Shown piece after piece: positions 55,524-63,693 of a stretch of DNA of 64,000 bases. Positions within the stretch are counted from its first letter, which is position 1, and every line of letters starts with the position of its first letter. A model generated the notes under the pieces. That model saw nothing but the letters and a program-made list of their open reading frames with translations. It was not told the DNA's origin and did no database searches. The translations under genes were made by a program, and so were the position numbers. The stretch comes from a virus: the IMG/VR virus record IMGVR_UViG_3300029286_003689, positions 11,019-75,018 of that record. The stretch is one strand, 5' to 3'.

Positions 55524-56324
55524 TTAAAATAAACTCCCTATCGTATTCATCAACCTGCGTTCGGCCTTCTGGCAATATCTGGTATCCTTCTCTATTCCGA
55601 TAAAGCGCCGGTTTAATTCTTTACAGGCTATCAAAACAAAACCCGTCCCCATAAAGGGGTCAAGAACTATGTCGTCTTTATTGCTCCAGTAAGATACGAA
55701 TTTCTTGGCGATTGAGATTGGCTTTTGGGTAGGATGTATTCGCTCTCCGTCCTCTTTTGTGGTGTGGCCTACGATGGCTCTTACGCCCCAGTCTTTGGCC
55801 TGGCCGAGTTGGTAATTATAGGTGAGCTTTCCTCCGGGCTTCTGCCACATCCCGATAATTTCCCAGCCGTTCATCCATTTGACTTTGCGGGCCTGCGGGA
55901 CGGGGTTAGATTTTAAATCGGCGTAATATCCTTTGCATTTGAAGCCGTATTTGTCTTGCAGATACCGGCTAATGAAATTGACCTTATCCCTATCAAAATA
56001 TGAACAGAGCATACCCCCCCCTCTGAGTATTCTGACAGCTTCATCCAGCCACTTGAACGTCCAATCCATAAACTCATCAAGGGAATTAAACTTGTCCCAA
56101 TCTCCAAAATCTTGGCTGATGTCTTTACCCTTGAATTTCATTTTGTTACGGCCGCGGGTGATTACGACCTCGTTGGAGATGGCGTAGGGCGGATCCGTGA
56201 AGATAAGTTCAACCGCCTCCGCAGGGATAAGCTTCATTAACTCAAGGCTATCTCCGCAAATTACTTTGTTTATAAAATTATCTGGGTATACCAGAGTTTC
56301 TCTATCTAAACATTCCAAAGGCAT
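55524..56324 (-). CDS. N4/N6 DNA methyltransferase
   Basis: TDPPY, HPTQKP, LDPFMGTG. Confidence 0.92.
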   Translation of the reverse strand: MPLECLDRETLVYPDNFINKVICGDSLELMKLIPAEAVELIFTDPPYAISNEVVITRGRNKMKFKGKDISQDFGDWDKFNSLDEFMDWTFKWLDEAVRILRGGGMLCSYFDRDKVNFISRYLQDKYGFKCKGYYADLKSNPVPQARKVKWMNGWEIIGMWQKPGGKLTYNYQLGQAKDWGVRAIVGHTTKEDGERIHPTQKPISIAKKFVSYWSNKDDIVLDPFMGTGFVLIACKELNRRFIGIEKDTRYCQKAERRLMNTIGSLF

Positions 56325-57465
56325 CTTGTAACCTCTTCTCCGCTATCTCTATGTATTTGGGATTTAGTTCGATACCGACAAACTTCCGGGAAAGATTTCT
56401 TGCTACGAGTGCCGTTGTGCCTGAACCCATAAAAGGGTCGAGACATACCCCCCCCTGCGGGCAACCGGCTTTAATCATTGGCTCTATAAGGTTTTCGGGG
56501 AATGTTGCAAAGTGCGCCTCCTTAAAAGGATGGGTAGCGATAGTCCATACAGAGCGTTTATTGCGGCCAAGGGGATTATTCCATTTATAAGGCATAGCCA
56601 TACCCTTACCATCATTCCCGTAGCGGCCGGTATAATCCCGGGTTTCCCCTTTTGTCTTGAATTGATCGCTACCGTATTCTTCTTTTTGGTATTTGCTTTG
56701 AGGATATAGCCGCTGCCTTAATATTCCGAATGGTCTTTTCTCTTTTAAGTATGCCTCGCTTAATTTCTCGCGCTGAATTTCAAAATAATATTTCTTACTT
56801 TTGGCTAATAAAAAAATGTATTCGTGTGCTTTCGTACACCTATCTGTTACGCTCTCTGGCATAGGATTGGATTTATGCCAAATTATATCTTGACGCAGAT
56901 ACCAACCGTCGGATTGTAATGCGAAGGCAACGCGCCAAGGAATACCTACGAGGTCTTTTTGCTTTAGACCTTTGGGAATAATACTGTCGGGCATATTTCG
57001 CGTACCCCGATTCGATTGTTGTTTAGGGGTATTACAACCACGGCCACCGCCAGCGTAACTATCTCCCAAATTAAGCCATAACGTTCCTTCCTTTTTTAAT
57101 ACTCGCCTAACCTCATTAAATATCTCTACTATCTTAATAATATATTCCCCTGGAGTTTTCTCTAAGCCGAGCTGCCTATCTATACGCAGAGCACCACATT
57201 TGAAACAAGTATTTTTGTATATACCATCTCCACTATTCGCACCCTCTCTTTTCTGGCCGGTATTGGCACTTTTACTTTTATTGTCCCGATAATGATTGCA
57301 GTTTTTATCTCCACCTATCCACTCACCAGTACCGTAATCTCGCAGGCCCCAATAAGGTGGCGATGTTATAACGCAATCTATACTATTCGCAGGAAAAGTT
57401 TTAAGTGTTTCCAATGCTTCGCCAAGATAGATTTTATTTAACTCTAAGGTTAATGTTTCTTCCAT
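56302..57465 (-). CDS. N4/N6 DNA methyltransferase (SPPY, likely N4-C)
   Basis: TSPPY, HFATFP, LDPFMGSGTT; start taken at ATG 57465. Confidence 0.92.
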   Translation of the reverse strand: MEETLTLELNKIYLGEALETLKTFPANSIDCVITSPPYWGLRDYGTGEWIGGDKNCNHYRDNKSKSANTGQKREGANSGDGIYKNTCFKCGALRIDRQLGLEKTPGEYIIKIVEIFNEVRRVLKKEGTLWLNLGDSYAGGGRGCNTPKQQSNRGTRNMPDSIIPKGLKQKDLVGIPWRVAFALQSDGWYLRQDIIWHKSNPMPESVTDRCTKAHEYIFLLAKSKKYYFEIQREKLSEAYLKEKRPFGILRQRLYPQSKYQKEEYGSDQFKTKGETRDYTGRYGNDGKGMAMPYKWNNPLGRNKRSVWTIATHPFKEAHFATFPENLIEPMIKAGCPQGGVCLDPFMGSGTTALVARNLSRKFVGIELNPKYIEIAEKRLQDAFGMFR

Positions 57466-57625
57466 GATGTCCCCAATACCCAGACCACAAAACCTCGCGG
57501 CAGATCGCAAAGAAATTGCGGCTTTGTAAGTGCTGCTACGGCTTTCTGGACCGGCACCGCTACTTCACGAATGAGCAGGTCGCCGGTAGTTTCGTTTAAC
57601 ATTAAAAGGTTAAGCACGCTTTCCA

Positions 57626-58021
57626 TTACTTAATCTCACTGTTTAAATACTTCATTGTCTCAATTATCAAAAACTCCCGCGCCTCTTGATAGTTAAACTT
57701 CCCGGGAACAATCACCGCGTAATAACCTCTTTTAAGTAACTCCGCTTGCCATTCTTTTTGTTCCTCGCTGGGGTAGCTTCCCAGTTTTAACTCTGCGGCC
57801 ATACCGTGAAACTGGCCGCGGGGTTCATAAATGAACACGTCGGGGAAGCCCTTCTTGTAACCGGCGCGCTTCATTCTTATTGCTGTGTGCATTGAGGTTC
57901 TCATCCCCCCTGCTGAGGCGCAATGCAGAACGCCTAAGCTATGAAGAAAGAACGCATACCATTCTTGAAGGGGCTGCTCTTGGGACCTGCGAATAGGAAG
58001 GTCACGGTATCTATAACGCAT
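57626..58021 (-). CDS. VRR-NUC nuclease
   Basis: GFPD, ELK, S.EQ..W. Confidence 0.8.
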   Translation of the reverse strand: MRYRYRDLPIRRSQEQPLQEWYAFFLHSLGVLHCASAGGMRTSMHTAIRMKRAGYKKGFPDVFIYEPRGQFHGMAAELKLGSYPSEEQKEWQAELLKRGYYAVIVPGKFNYQEAREFLIIETMKYLNSEIK

Positions 58022-58844
58022 TGGCTAAGCCCTCCGGCATCATCCGCTTGAGAATGTCTTGCAGGTTTTCCATATCGCCACCGCGGAAGTCCGCGCCTTC
58101 GGTCTTTATCTTTAAGTGCTCGGCGTCTTGTTTACTTACCCACCACTCCGTAGAGGCTTTGGAGATTGCAGAAAGAACCCAAGGGAAATGCTCGCCTTTT
58201 ATTCCTGACCTGTTTTTAAGATAGCTTTCGCATACACGGATTAAGATTTCATCCGGCAAACGATAGTCCTCTCCGAACATAAGCAGCCGTTTCTTCTTGG
58301 CCTGTTTTCTGAACTTACCAATGAGCTGGTAAATATTGAACCCTGACTTAAAAACCTCTTCTAAAAGCTTTTTTAGTTTGGGGTTTTCCACAGGGACAGG
58401 CGGCTTTTTGCCTGTCTTTTCTTTATGTTGGTTAGGTTGGTCCGGTTGGTTAGGTGGACGGTCTAAAGTCTGACTAAAGTCCGACTTAGCCTTCTCGTGC
58501 TTGGCCTTGATGGCTTTAAGCCGTTCAGGGTTAGAGGTTCGATACTTCGCCTCTAAATACCTGCCAGCATAGTCAAGCCAGTCGTGGATTATACGCCCAT
58601 CAAGCCATTTGTGCTTTTGGAGCAGTTGGACGAACTCTTGGGGGTTACCAGAGAAACAGGCGGAATCGGCAATAAACTCATCTGTCCAATGAGAGAGATC
58701 ACCATCTTCGGCCTGTTCAAGGGCAACGTGCCATAGTGCGTGTAAGTGCCCCAGCACATAAACGGGTTTAAGGCGTAAATCAAATGCCAGAGGCTTAAGC
58801 TTCCTGTGCCTCAACAATACTGTATGAGATTCTATCCAGGGCAT
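58011..58844 (-). CDS. Putative replication initiator
   Basis: WIE.H..L..H.K...G.L..LW...IHDW..Y; repetitive linker. Confidence 0.7.
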   Translation of the reverse strand: MPWIESHTVLLRHRKLKPLAFDLRLKPVYVLGHLHALWHVALEQAEDGDLSHWTDEFIADSACFSGNPQEFVQLLQKHKWLDGRIIHDWLDYAGRYLEAKYRTSNPERLKAIKAKHEKAKSDFSQTLDRPPNQPDQPNQHKEKTGKKPPVPVENPKLKKLLEEVFKSGFNIYQLIGKFRKQAKKKRLLMFGEDYRLPDEILIRVCESYLKNRSGIKGEHFPWVLSAISKASTEWWVSKQDAEHLKIKTEGADFRGGDMENLQDILKRMMPEGLANAL

Positions 58845-59254
58845 ACAGCTTCCTTCTGTGCGGGCGCGACCTCTACGGGTTTATCTTCTGCAAGAATAGG
58901 CGCGCCGTTGTTGATAAGATGTTCTATGGTTCGTATGAGCTTAGTTGTGTTTTGACCGCGATACTGCACGGCTCTATCGTCTATGAAAACGTGATATATC
59001 GGCTTCTGTGATGTGTCCGGCGGATTGTGCTTACAGGAGTTTATGCTGTCGTAAGGGACATTGTTACGGCTTAAGTATGCCTTTAATGCCGGTGTAACCT
59101 TTCGTGTGGTCCAGATGATGATGTGGTAGCCTTTGGCCTTGAGCTGCTTCATTGCATCGATGACGTCCCAATTAGGCTTCTCAAAAACGTCTACTCCTTT
59201 CCATCCTTCGTAATGCGCGATGACCCCGTCAAAATCAAAAGCTATGACCTTCAT
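58832..59254 (-). CDS. HAD-superfamily phosphatase-like protein
   Basis: DFDGVI, WT.R, KP, IDDRA. Confidence 0.85.
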   Translation of the reverse strand: MKVIAFDFDGVIAHYEGWKGVDVFEKPNWDVIDAMKQLKAKGYHIIIWTTRKVTPALKAYLSRNNVPYDSINSCKHNPPDTSQKPIYHVFIDDRAVQYRGQNTTKLIRTIEHLINNGAPILAEDKPVEVAPAQKEAVCPG

Positions 59255-60345
59255 GCAACCTCCATTCTTAATTTATTGGTTAGCCGGTAACTGTTGGCGT
59301 GTTTAAGATGACCCATATATGACGCAAACATATCGCGGAATTTCTTAAAGTCTTTTACCTTTGCCTGGCGGAACTGGCGGATTTTTTCTTTAAGGTTGTT
59401 TATCACTCTCCGCCGGACCAGAACGTATGTCGGCCGGATGATGTAGCCTAAGAAGTCTATGCCGTTTGAGATAGGCAGGAGTTTACGGCGTTTCGGGTGA
59501 AGGCGTAGCTTAAGGCGGTTGGTGAGGAATTCTTCAATCTGAGCCTGCCAAGCGCGTAATTGCGAGGCATCTGGGGAGAGGATGACAAAATCGTCTACGT
59601 AGCGCAGATAGTAGTGCGCTTTAAGGACGTGCTTAACGTATTGGTCGAGTTCGTTCAGGTAGATGTTGGCAAAGTATTGGCTCGTCAAGTTTCCGATTGG
59701 CAGGCCGGTTCGGTTATTTTTGCCAAAGAGGCTTTTGTTGGGTGGAATGTTTAAGAGAAGTTGTTGGTCTCCTTTGGGGACGTAGGATTTTGTGCAGTCC
59801 CAGAAGAGAACCTTTTGCGTAAGCCAGAGGATGTCCGGGTCTTTTACTTTGCGCTGAATTATTGTAAACAATAATTCCTTGTCTATTGACGTAAAGAAGT
59901 CCTTAATATCCAGTTGCAGGTAATAGGCGCGGACGTGGCCGTTCTTGGTTGTTTGCCGGGTGAATTTCTCCAAGCGTTCCTTTGCCGCGTGTGTGCCTTT
60001 GCCGTCGCGGCAGGCGTAGCTGTCGTGGATGAAGATAGGCTCGTAGATAGGTTTATACTCATTGGCTAAAAGGTGATGGACGATACGGTCTCTAAAATCG
60101 GCGGCGAATATCTCTCTTTTTTTGGGTTTCTTAACAGCGAAAAGAAGCGAGCGCGAAGGATGGTAAGTCCTATTTTTAAGTTCTTGTTCAAGCTTTACAT
60201 TATTCTCTTCCGCGTTCATCTCGTATTTAAGAGCATTGAAAGTATTGCGCTTCTTACTCTGGCAATCGAGATAAGCGGTATCTACATTCCTGTAAGAGAA
60301 TTTATCGTTTTGTAAGCCGCTGGCTGGGACGGACAGGCCGAACAT
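59251..60345 (-). CDS. DGR reverse transcriptase 2
   Basis: AYLDC..KKRN, FRDRIVHH, LDIKDFF, LPIGNLTSQ, RYVDDF, DFLGY; start ATG lies inside TR2. Confidence 0.95.
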   Translation of the reverse strand: MFGLSVPASGLQNDKFSYRNVDTAYLDCQSKKRNTFNALKYEMNAEENNVKLEQELKNRTYHPSRSLLFAVKKPKKREIFAADFRDRIVHHLLANEYKPIYEPIFIHDSYACRDGKGTHAAKERLEKFTRQTTKNGHVRAYYLQLDIKDFFTSIDKELLFTIIQRKVKDPDILWLTQKVLFWDCTKSYVPKGDQQLLLNIPPNKSLFGKNNRTGLPIGNLTSQYFANIYLNELDQYVKHVLKAHYYLRYVDDFVILSPDASQLRAWQAQIEEFLTNRLKLRLHPKRRKLLPISNGIDFLGYIIRPTYVLVRRRVINNLKEKIRQFRQAKVKDFKKFRDMFASYMGHLKHANSYRLTNKLRMEVA

Positions 60346-60430
60346 AATATTTGTTGTCCTTATTGTTGTAGTTCACGTTGCCGTTGTCATAATTCACGAT
60401 GCGAGCGTTGCTCTTATTCCAGGCAACCTT
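60326..60430 (-). repeat. DGR2 template repeat (TR2)
   Basis: 105 bp reading KVAWNKSNARIVNYDNGNVNYNNKDNKYYVRPVRP; 9 AAY codons. Confidence 0.95.
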
Positions 60431-60558
60431 TGCTTACACACTTATTGCCTCTTCTTGAGGCTCTTCAAGAACCGATCCTTTTGGGTACGGTTCTTTGTGT
60501 TCTTATACCGTTTTAAGGTGGCGTAAGCGCCCAGTGAGTTACAAAATCGCACGCTTCC

Positions 60559-60924
60559 TCAAGGTTTACCGCTTGGGGAATTCTGGCACTTTAACCATCC
60601 TTCGCACTGCTTTGCTACCTCAACAACTTTCTTGACTGCGACCTCAAAGCTTTTGAAACTGTTAAATGCTTTCCTGCGTTTGGCAAAGCGCAAGAGAATC
60701 TTCATTGCCTCCAGTTTATCGCGCACCTGAATAAGGCAGTCCTTCCGCTCTGCCTTCTTGATGGCTGAGGCGATTAAAAGGAGTGCTTCAAGAGAAAGAT
60801 TAAGCAGCTTAGTCCCGACGGTATATTTGTGGCGTTTAGCGAAATAGCAGACTATCTCATCAATATACTCCGCAAGGTCTAAGGCACTCTTATAGATTGG
60901 AAGATTCTCGTATGCGCTTTCCAT
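60559..60924 (-). CDS. avd: Avd accessory variability determinant (four-helix bundle)
   Basis: LPIYK...F...HKYTVG...KQ..GWLK; basic; between target and TR. Confidence 0.88.
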   Translation of the reverse strand: MESAYENLPIYKSALDLAEYIDEIVCYFAKRHKYTVGTKLLNLSLEALLLIASAIKKAERKDCLIQVRDKLEAMKILLRFAKRRKAFNSFKSFEVAVKKVVEVAKQCEGWLKCQNSPSGKP

Positions 60925-60948
60925 TCAAACCCCCTAAAGGTCAAAAAA

Positions 60949-61341
60949 TCAATTCACTGGCATGGGACGGACAGGCCGAACATAATAAGAGTTGCCCTTA
61001 ATGTAGTAGCCCACGAGGCCGAAGCCATAACTCACGATGCGAGCGTAGCTCTTACTCCAGGCAACCTCGGTCTTAGTTGCGTAGTAATCGTCCGTTTTGG
61101 TATCGGCGAAGATCGGGAAGAAGCAGGGGTCGCCTTCAAAGTTAATAATGGACGTTGCCTCCGCGGCCGTTGGTTCTTCTCCTCCGAGTTTGGCGCAGAA
61201 TTCTTTTCTGTCCTCCGGACCCATTATCCTGTCAGAGCTGGGGCCGTGCTCTTTTCTCTCCCTGTAATCCCTTATCCAGCCGTCGGGAAGTTTCTCAAAC
61301 CTTGCCGGATCGTTTACGTCAATAACTACCTTTACTTCCAT
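60949..61341 (-). CDS. DGR2 target 1: stand-alone Lcl/DUF1566-like CLec protein (130 aa)
   Basis: ATG 61341 with AGGAGG RBS; RF..LPDG.I.D, PT..E..SI, ends YVRPVR; contains VR. Confidence 0.85.
   Translation of the reverse strand: MEVKVVIDVNDPARFEKLPDGWIRDYRERKEHGPSSDRIMGPEDRKEFCAKLGGEEPTAAEATSIINFEGDPCFFPIFADTKTDDYYATKTEVAWSKSYARIVSYGFGLVGYYIKGNSYYVRPVRPMPVN
60964..61068 (-). repeat. DGR2 variable repeat VR-a
   Basis: 17 mismatches vs TR2, all at TR A (7 G, 8 T, 2 C). Confidence 0.95.
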
Positions 61342-61495
61342 GCCTCTCCTCCTTGTTAAAAAGTTACGCAGGTGTTTGCTAAGGCGTAGGCTAACCAAAG
61401 CAAGCCCCTGCGTATGTCCCCCGTTATTAAATAGACTATGCCTGCGCCTATACAGGCCACAATTACCAGAAGCGGAAATATCTTCTCTTTAGTTA

Positions 61496-61795
61496 TCATG
61501 CGTAAGCAAACGTCCTTTGGCTTTCCATCGTAATCGGCGTGTTGCGCGAGATAAAGATACGCACGGCCTCAATATGGCTGCAATACTTATTCTTGTGAAA
61601 CCCCTGACAGTTGCAGCGGTAGGTATCGTCGGGAAACTTCTGGATGGTGTACGTGTGAATGTTGTAGCCGAGAATGGGCTTGCATATCCAGGTATTCTCT
61701 CCGGTCTGGACAATGCAGTCTTTCTCAAGGAATTTGTTTGCCTTATCATTCATACGCTGCCGCGACTCCGAAGTTAAAAAAGCTTGCTCTTTCAC
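61496..61795 (-). CDS. SWIM zinc-finger protein
   Basis: PI.GYN..TY, CNCQG...CSH; homologue of 19411-19710. Confidence 0.75.
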   Translation of the reverse strand: MKEQAFLTSESRQRMNDKANKFLEKDCIVQTGENTWICKPILGYNIHTYTIQKFPDDTYRCNCQGFHKNKYCSHIEAVRIFISRNTPITMESQRTFAYA

Positions 61796-61810
61796 GTTCT
61801 TGCCTCCTTT

Positions 61811-62122
61811 CTATGCCTGCGGCTGCGGGTTATACTTCTCCCACTTCTTCAAGAAGAGCGCGCCTTTGGGCTGCTTATACTCTCCGAATTCCTGCTTAGA
61901 TTTACATTTAGGACAGTAGAGTTCCACGTAGATATACTGGCCGTCTTTGGTCTGCCTGGCGCGAAGCTCTATATCTTTATCGTTCTGACAGATACCACAT
62001 ACCCCCTTAAGCTGCATAAAGGGCGTGGCCTTGAGCAGGGCTTCTTTAAGGTCTTGCTCTCCGTCAAACTTGATGGTGAGTTGGGTGGTGCAATTTATCT
62101 TTTTCGTTACCGTAATATCCAT
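61811..62122 (-). CDS. Small Zn-binding protein
   Basis: CxxC...CxxC; ATG 62122 with AAGGAGGT RBS. Confidence 0.6.
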   Translation of the reverse strand: MDITVTKKINCTTQLTIKFDGEQDLKEALLKATPFMQLKGVCGICQNDKDIELRARQTKDGQYIYVELYCPKCKSKQEFGEYKQPKGALFLKKWEKYNPQPQA

Positions 62123-62154
62123 GCTTACCTCCTTAAATTTAATTGTCAAAAAGT

Positions 62155-62685
62155 CTAAATACTGGCTGGACGGACAGGCCGAACATAATATTTGTAGTCC
62201 TTATTGTGGTAGTCCACGTAGCCGTCGCCATAACCCACGATGCGAGCGTAGCTCTTATCCCAGGCAACCTCTTCGTTCGTCCAGTAACCGGCCTCTTTTG
62301 TGTCTTTAAAGATAGTGGTATCTATCTGGGGACCGTTGGCTTTATTTTTCACTAAGGAGAAGCCCAACTGCGGCGAGTGTAAGAACCAGCCCTTATGACC
62401 GGCGAAGCTAAGTTCGGCGCAAGCTATCTTTGACTCTTCCCAAGGCATACCCTCTTTGAAGTGATTTGGCAGGTCCGTGTGGGGAAGGGTTACGAGATAC
62501 ATATTGTGCCAGGTATCAAATACTGTGCCGTCGTGGTTGTCAATGTAGCGCGGTTCCGGATAGTCTTTAACCTTGATAATCTTTACGTGTCTCTGTGCTA
62601 AGATTGCCGAGATATCTCTGGCTGCTCCCTCAAGGTTGGTGCGGTCTTTTAATACTTTCAAAATCTGGTTCTGATTCAGTTGCAT
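62155..62685 (-). CDS. DGR2 target 2: Lcl/DUF1566-like CLec protein (176 aa)
   Basis: RYIDNHDGTV.D, M.WEE...AC..L.FAGH.GW, YW, YVRPVR; contains VR. Confidence 0.88.
   Translation of the reverse strand: MQLNQNQILKVLKDRTNLEGAARDISAILAQRHVKIIKVKDYPEPRYIDNHDGTVFDTWHNMYLVTLPHTDLPNHFKEGMPWEESKIACAELSFAGHKGWFLHSPQLGFSLVKNKANGPQIDTTIFKDTKEAGYWTNEEVAWDKSYARIVGYGDGYVDYHNKDYKYYVRPVRPASI
62168..62271 (-). repeat. DGR2 variable repeat VR-b
   Basis: 11 mismatches vs TR2, all at TR A (7 G, 3 T, 1 C). Confidence 0.95.
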
Positions 62686-62699
62686 TTGCCCCCTCCTTT

Positions 62700-63014
62700 T
62701 TAATAAACTAACCCTAAGTGCTTGGCGTATCCCAAGGCTTCATTTATTGCTTTCTGCGCGTTCTTTGACGCTCCCTGTGGCTCGTAGTTTACATTGTCGT
62801 ATACTACCCAAATACCGTTATGCCCCTCCGTGAGAAACCATCCGCTGGGAAGCAGTCTCTTACCACAATCAATACAGTATGGTCCCGCATCCGGCTCTGC
62901 GAAGTGTCCCCCTAATAAACATCGCATTTTTATAAATAACCTCGGTATCTCACAGACAATTTTTATAAGTAATTTTCGTATCTTCCACATATTGTCCTCC
63001 GTTCTAAAGCCCAT
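62700..63014 (-). CDS. Hypothetical protein
   Basis: ORF in early operon; C..GH...C..CG. Confidence 0.5.
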   Translation of the reverse strand: MGFRTEDNMWKIRKLLIKIVCEIPRLFIKMRCLLGGHFAEPDAGPYCIDCGKRLLPSGWFLTEGHNGIWVVYDNVNYEPQGASKNAQKAINEALGYAKHLGLVY

Positions 63015-63693
63015 AAACCTGATAAAAAATTTTTCGGTCTTTAATAAAATACTTAAAGTAGGTATCTACGTCCCTCTCCACGATCGGCTTACTGAAACCG
63101 CATTTGTTACCCGGATTGAGAGGAACAATTACTACCTGTTTTACCTCTTCGTTCCCATCACATTTTGCGTATGCCGACATCTGCTTCTTGAATTTCCGGA
63201 CCTTATGCTCTGGATAATTCATGCAGGCTTTAAAGTCCGCTATGGCAGGTTCATCCCGGTAGAGACACGGCCAGTCAATATGACCGTGATATCGGAACTG
63301 CTCATTAAAACAGGTCTCCTCTTTGAACTCGCCTTTCCACGGTTTAAAGTCTTTGCCGTATTTATCCAGAAACGCTAAGAAGTTACAATCCTCCCAACTT
63401 AAGTGAAGGCTTCCCTCCGAAACTGTTTGCAGGTCTTTGCACATACGCAACATTTCCTCTTCGGTCTGAGGTATCTTCATTAAGTTGGTTTCCCAACGGC
63501 CGGTGCGAAGAAAATATTTATTCTGCGCGTCTACTATGGATCCGCGAGCTGCGTATTGCCTGAGCTTATATTCCGGGAAGGCTATGGGATAAATTGCCGA
63601 AAGAACTGAAGTTACTGATGGATATTTAATATTTTGCCTTTCAACCACCCGCGCGTCTTTTGGCAGCGGGAGATATTTCCTGGTTTCTTGCAT
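63004..63693 (-). CDS. PD-(D/E)XK exonuclease (phage type)
   Basis: YPSVTSVL, RGS, Y.G.ID, IADFK, Q.SAY. Confidence 0.8.
   Translation of the reverse strand: MQETRKYLPLPKDARVVERQNIKYPSVTSVLSAIYPIAFPEYKLRQYAARGSIVDAQNKYFLRTGRWETNLMKIPQTEEEMLRMCKDLQTVSEGSLHLSWEDCNFLAFLDKYGKDFKPWKGEFKEETCFNEQFRYHGHIDWPCLYRDEPAIADFKACMNYPEHKVRKFKKQMSAYAKCDGNEEVKQVVIVPLNPGNKCGFSKPIVERDVDTYFKYFIKDRKIFYQVYGL

Noticed and set aside
58832-59254. HAD phosphatase as a DGR2 component
   Set aside because: It overlaps the RT stop by ATGA, but such overlaps occur throughout this operon and the family is common in phage early regions.
60452-60471. TTCTTGA/TCAAGAA hairpin as a switch in the DGR2 leader
   Set aside because: AT-rich and mutually exclusive with two stronger neighbouring stems; probably fortuitous.
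60326-62271. Three ~105-bp repeats as a CRISPR array or simple duplication
   Set aside because: They are too long and irregularly spaced, two lie inside genes, and the mismatches are adenine-specific. No CRISPR array was seen anywhere in the window.
63004-63693. Cas4 of a CRISPR system
   Set aside because: No cas operon or array; it fits a common phage PD-(D/E)XK exonuclease.
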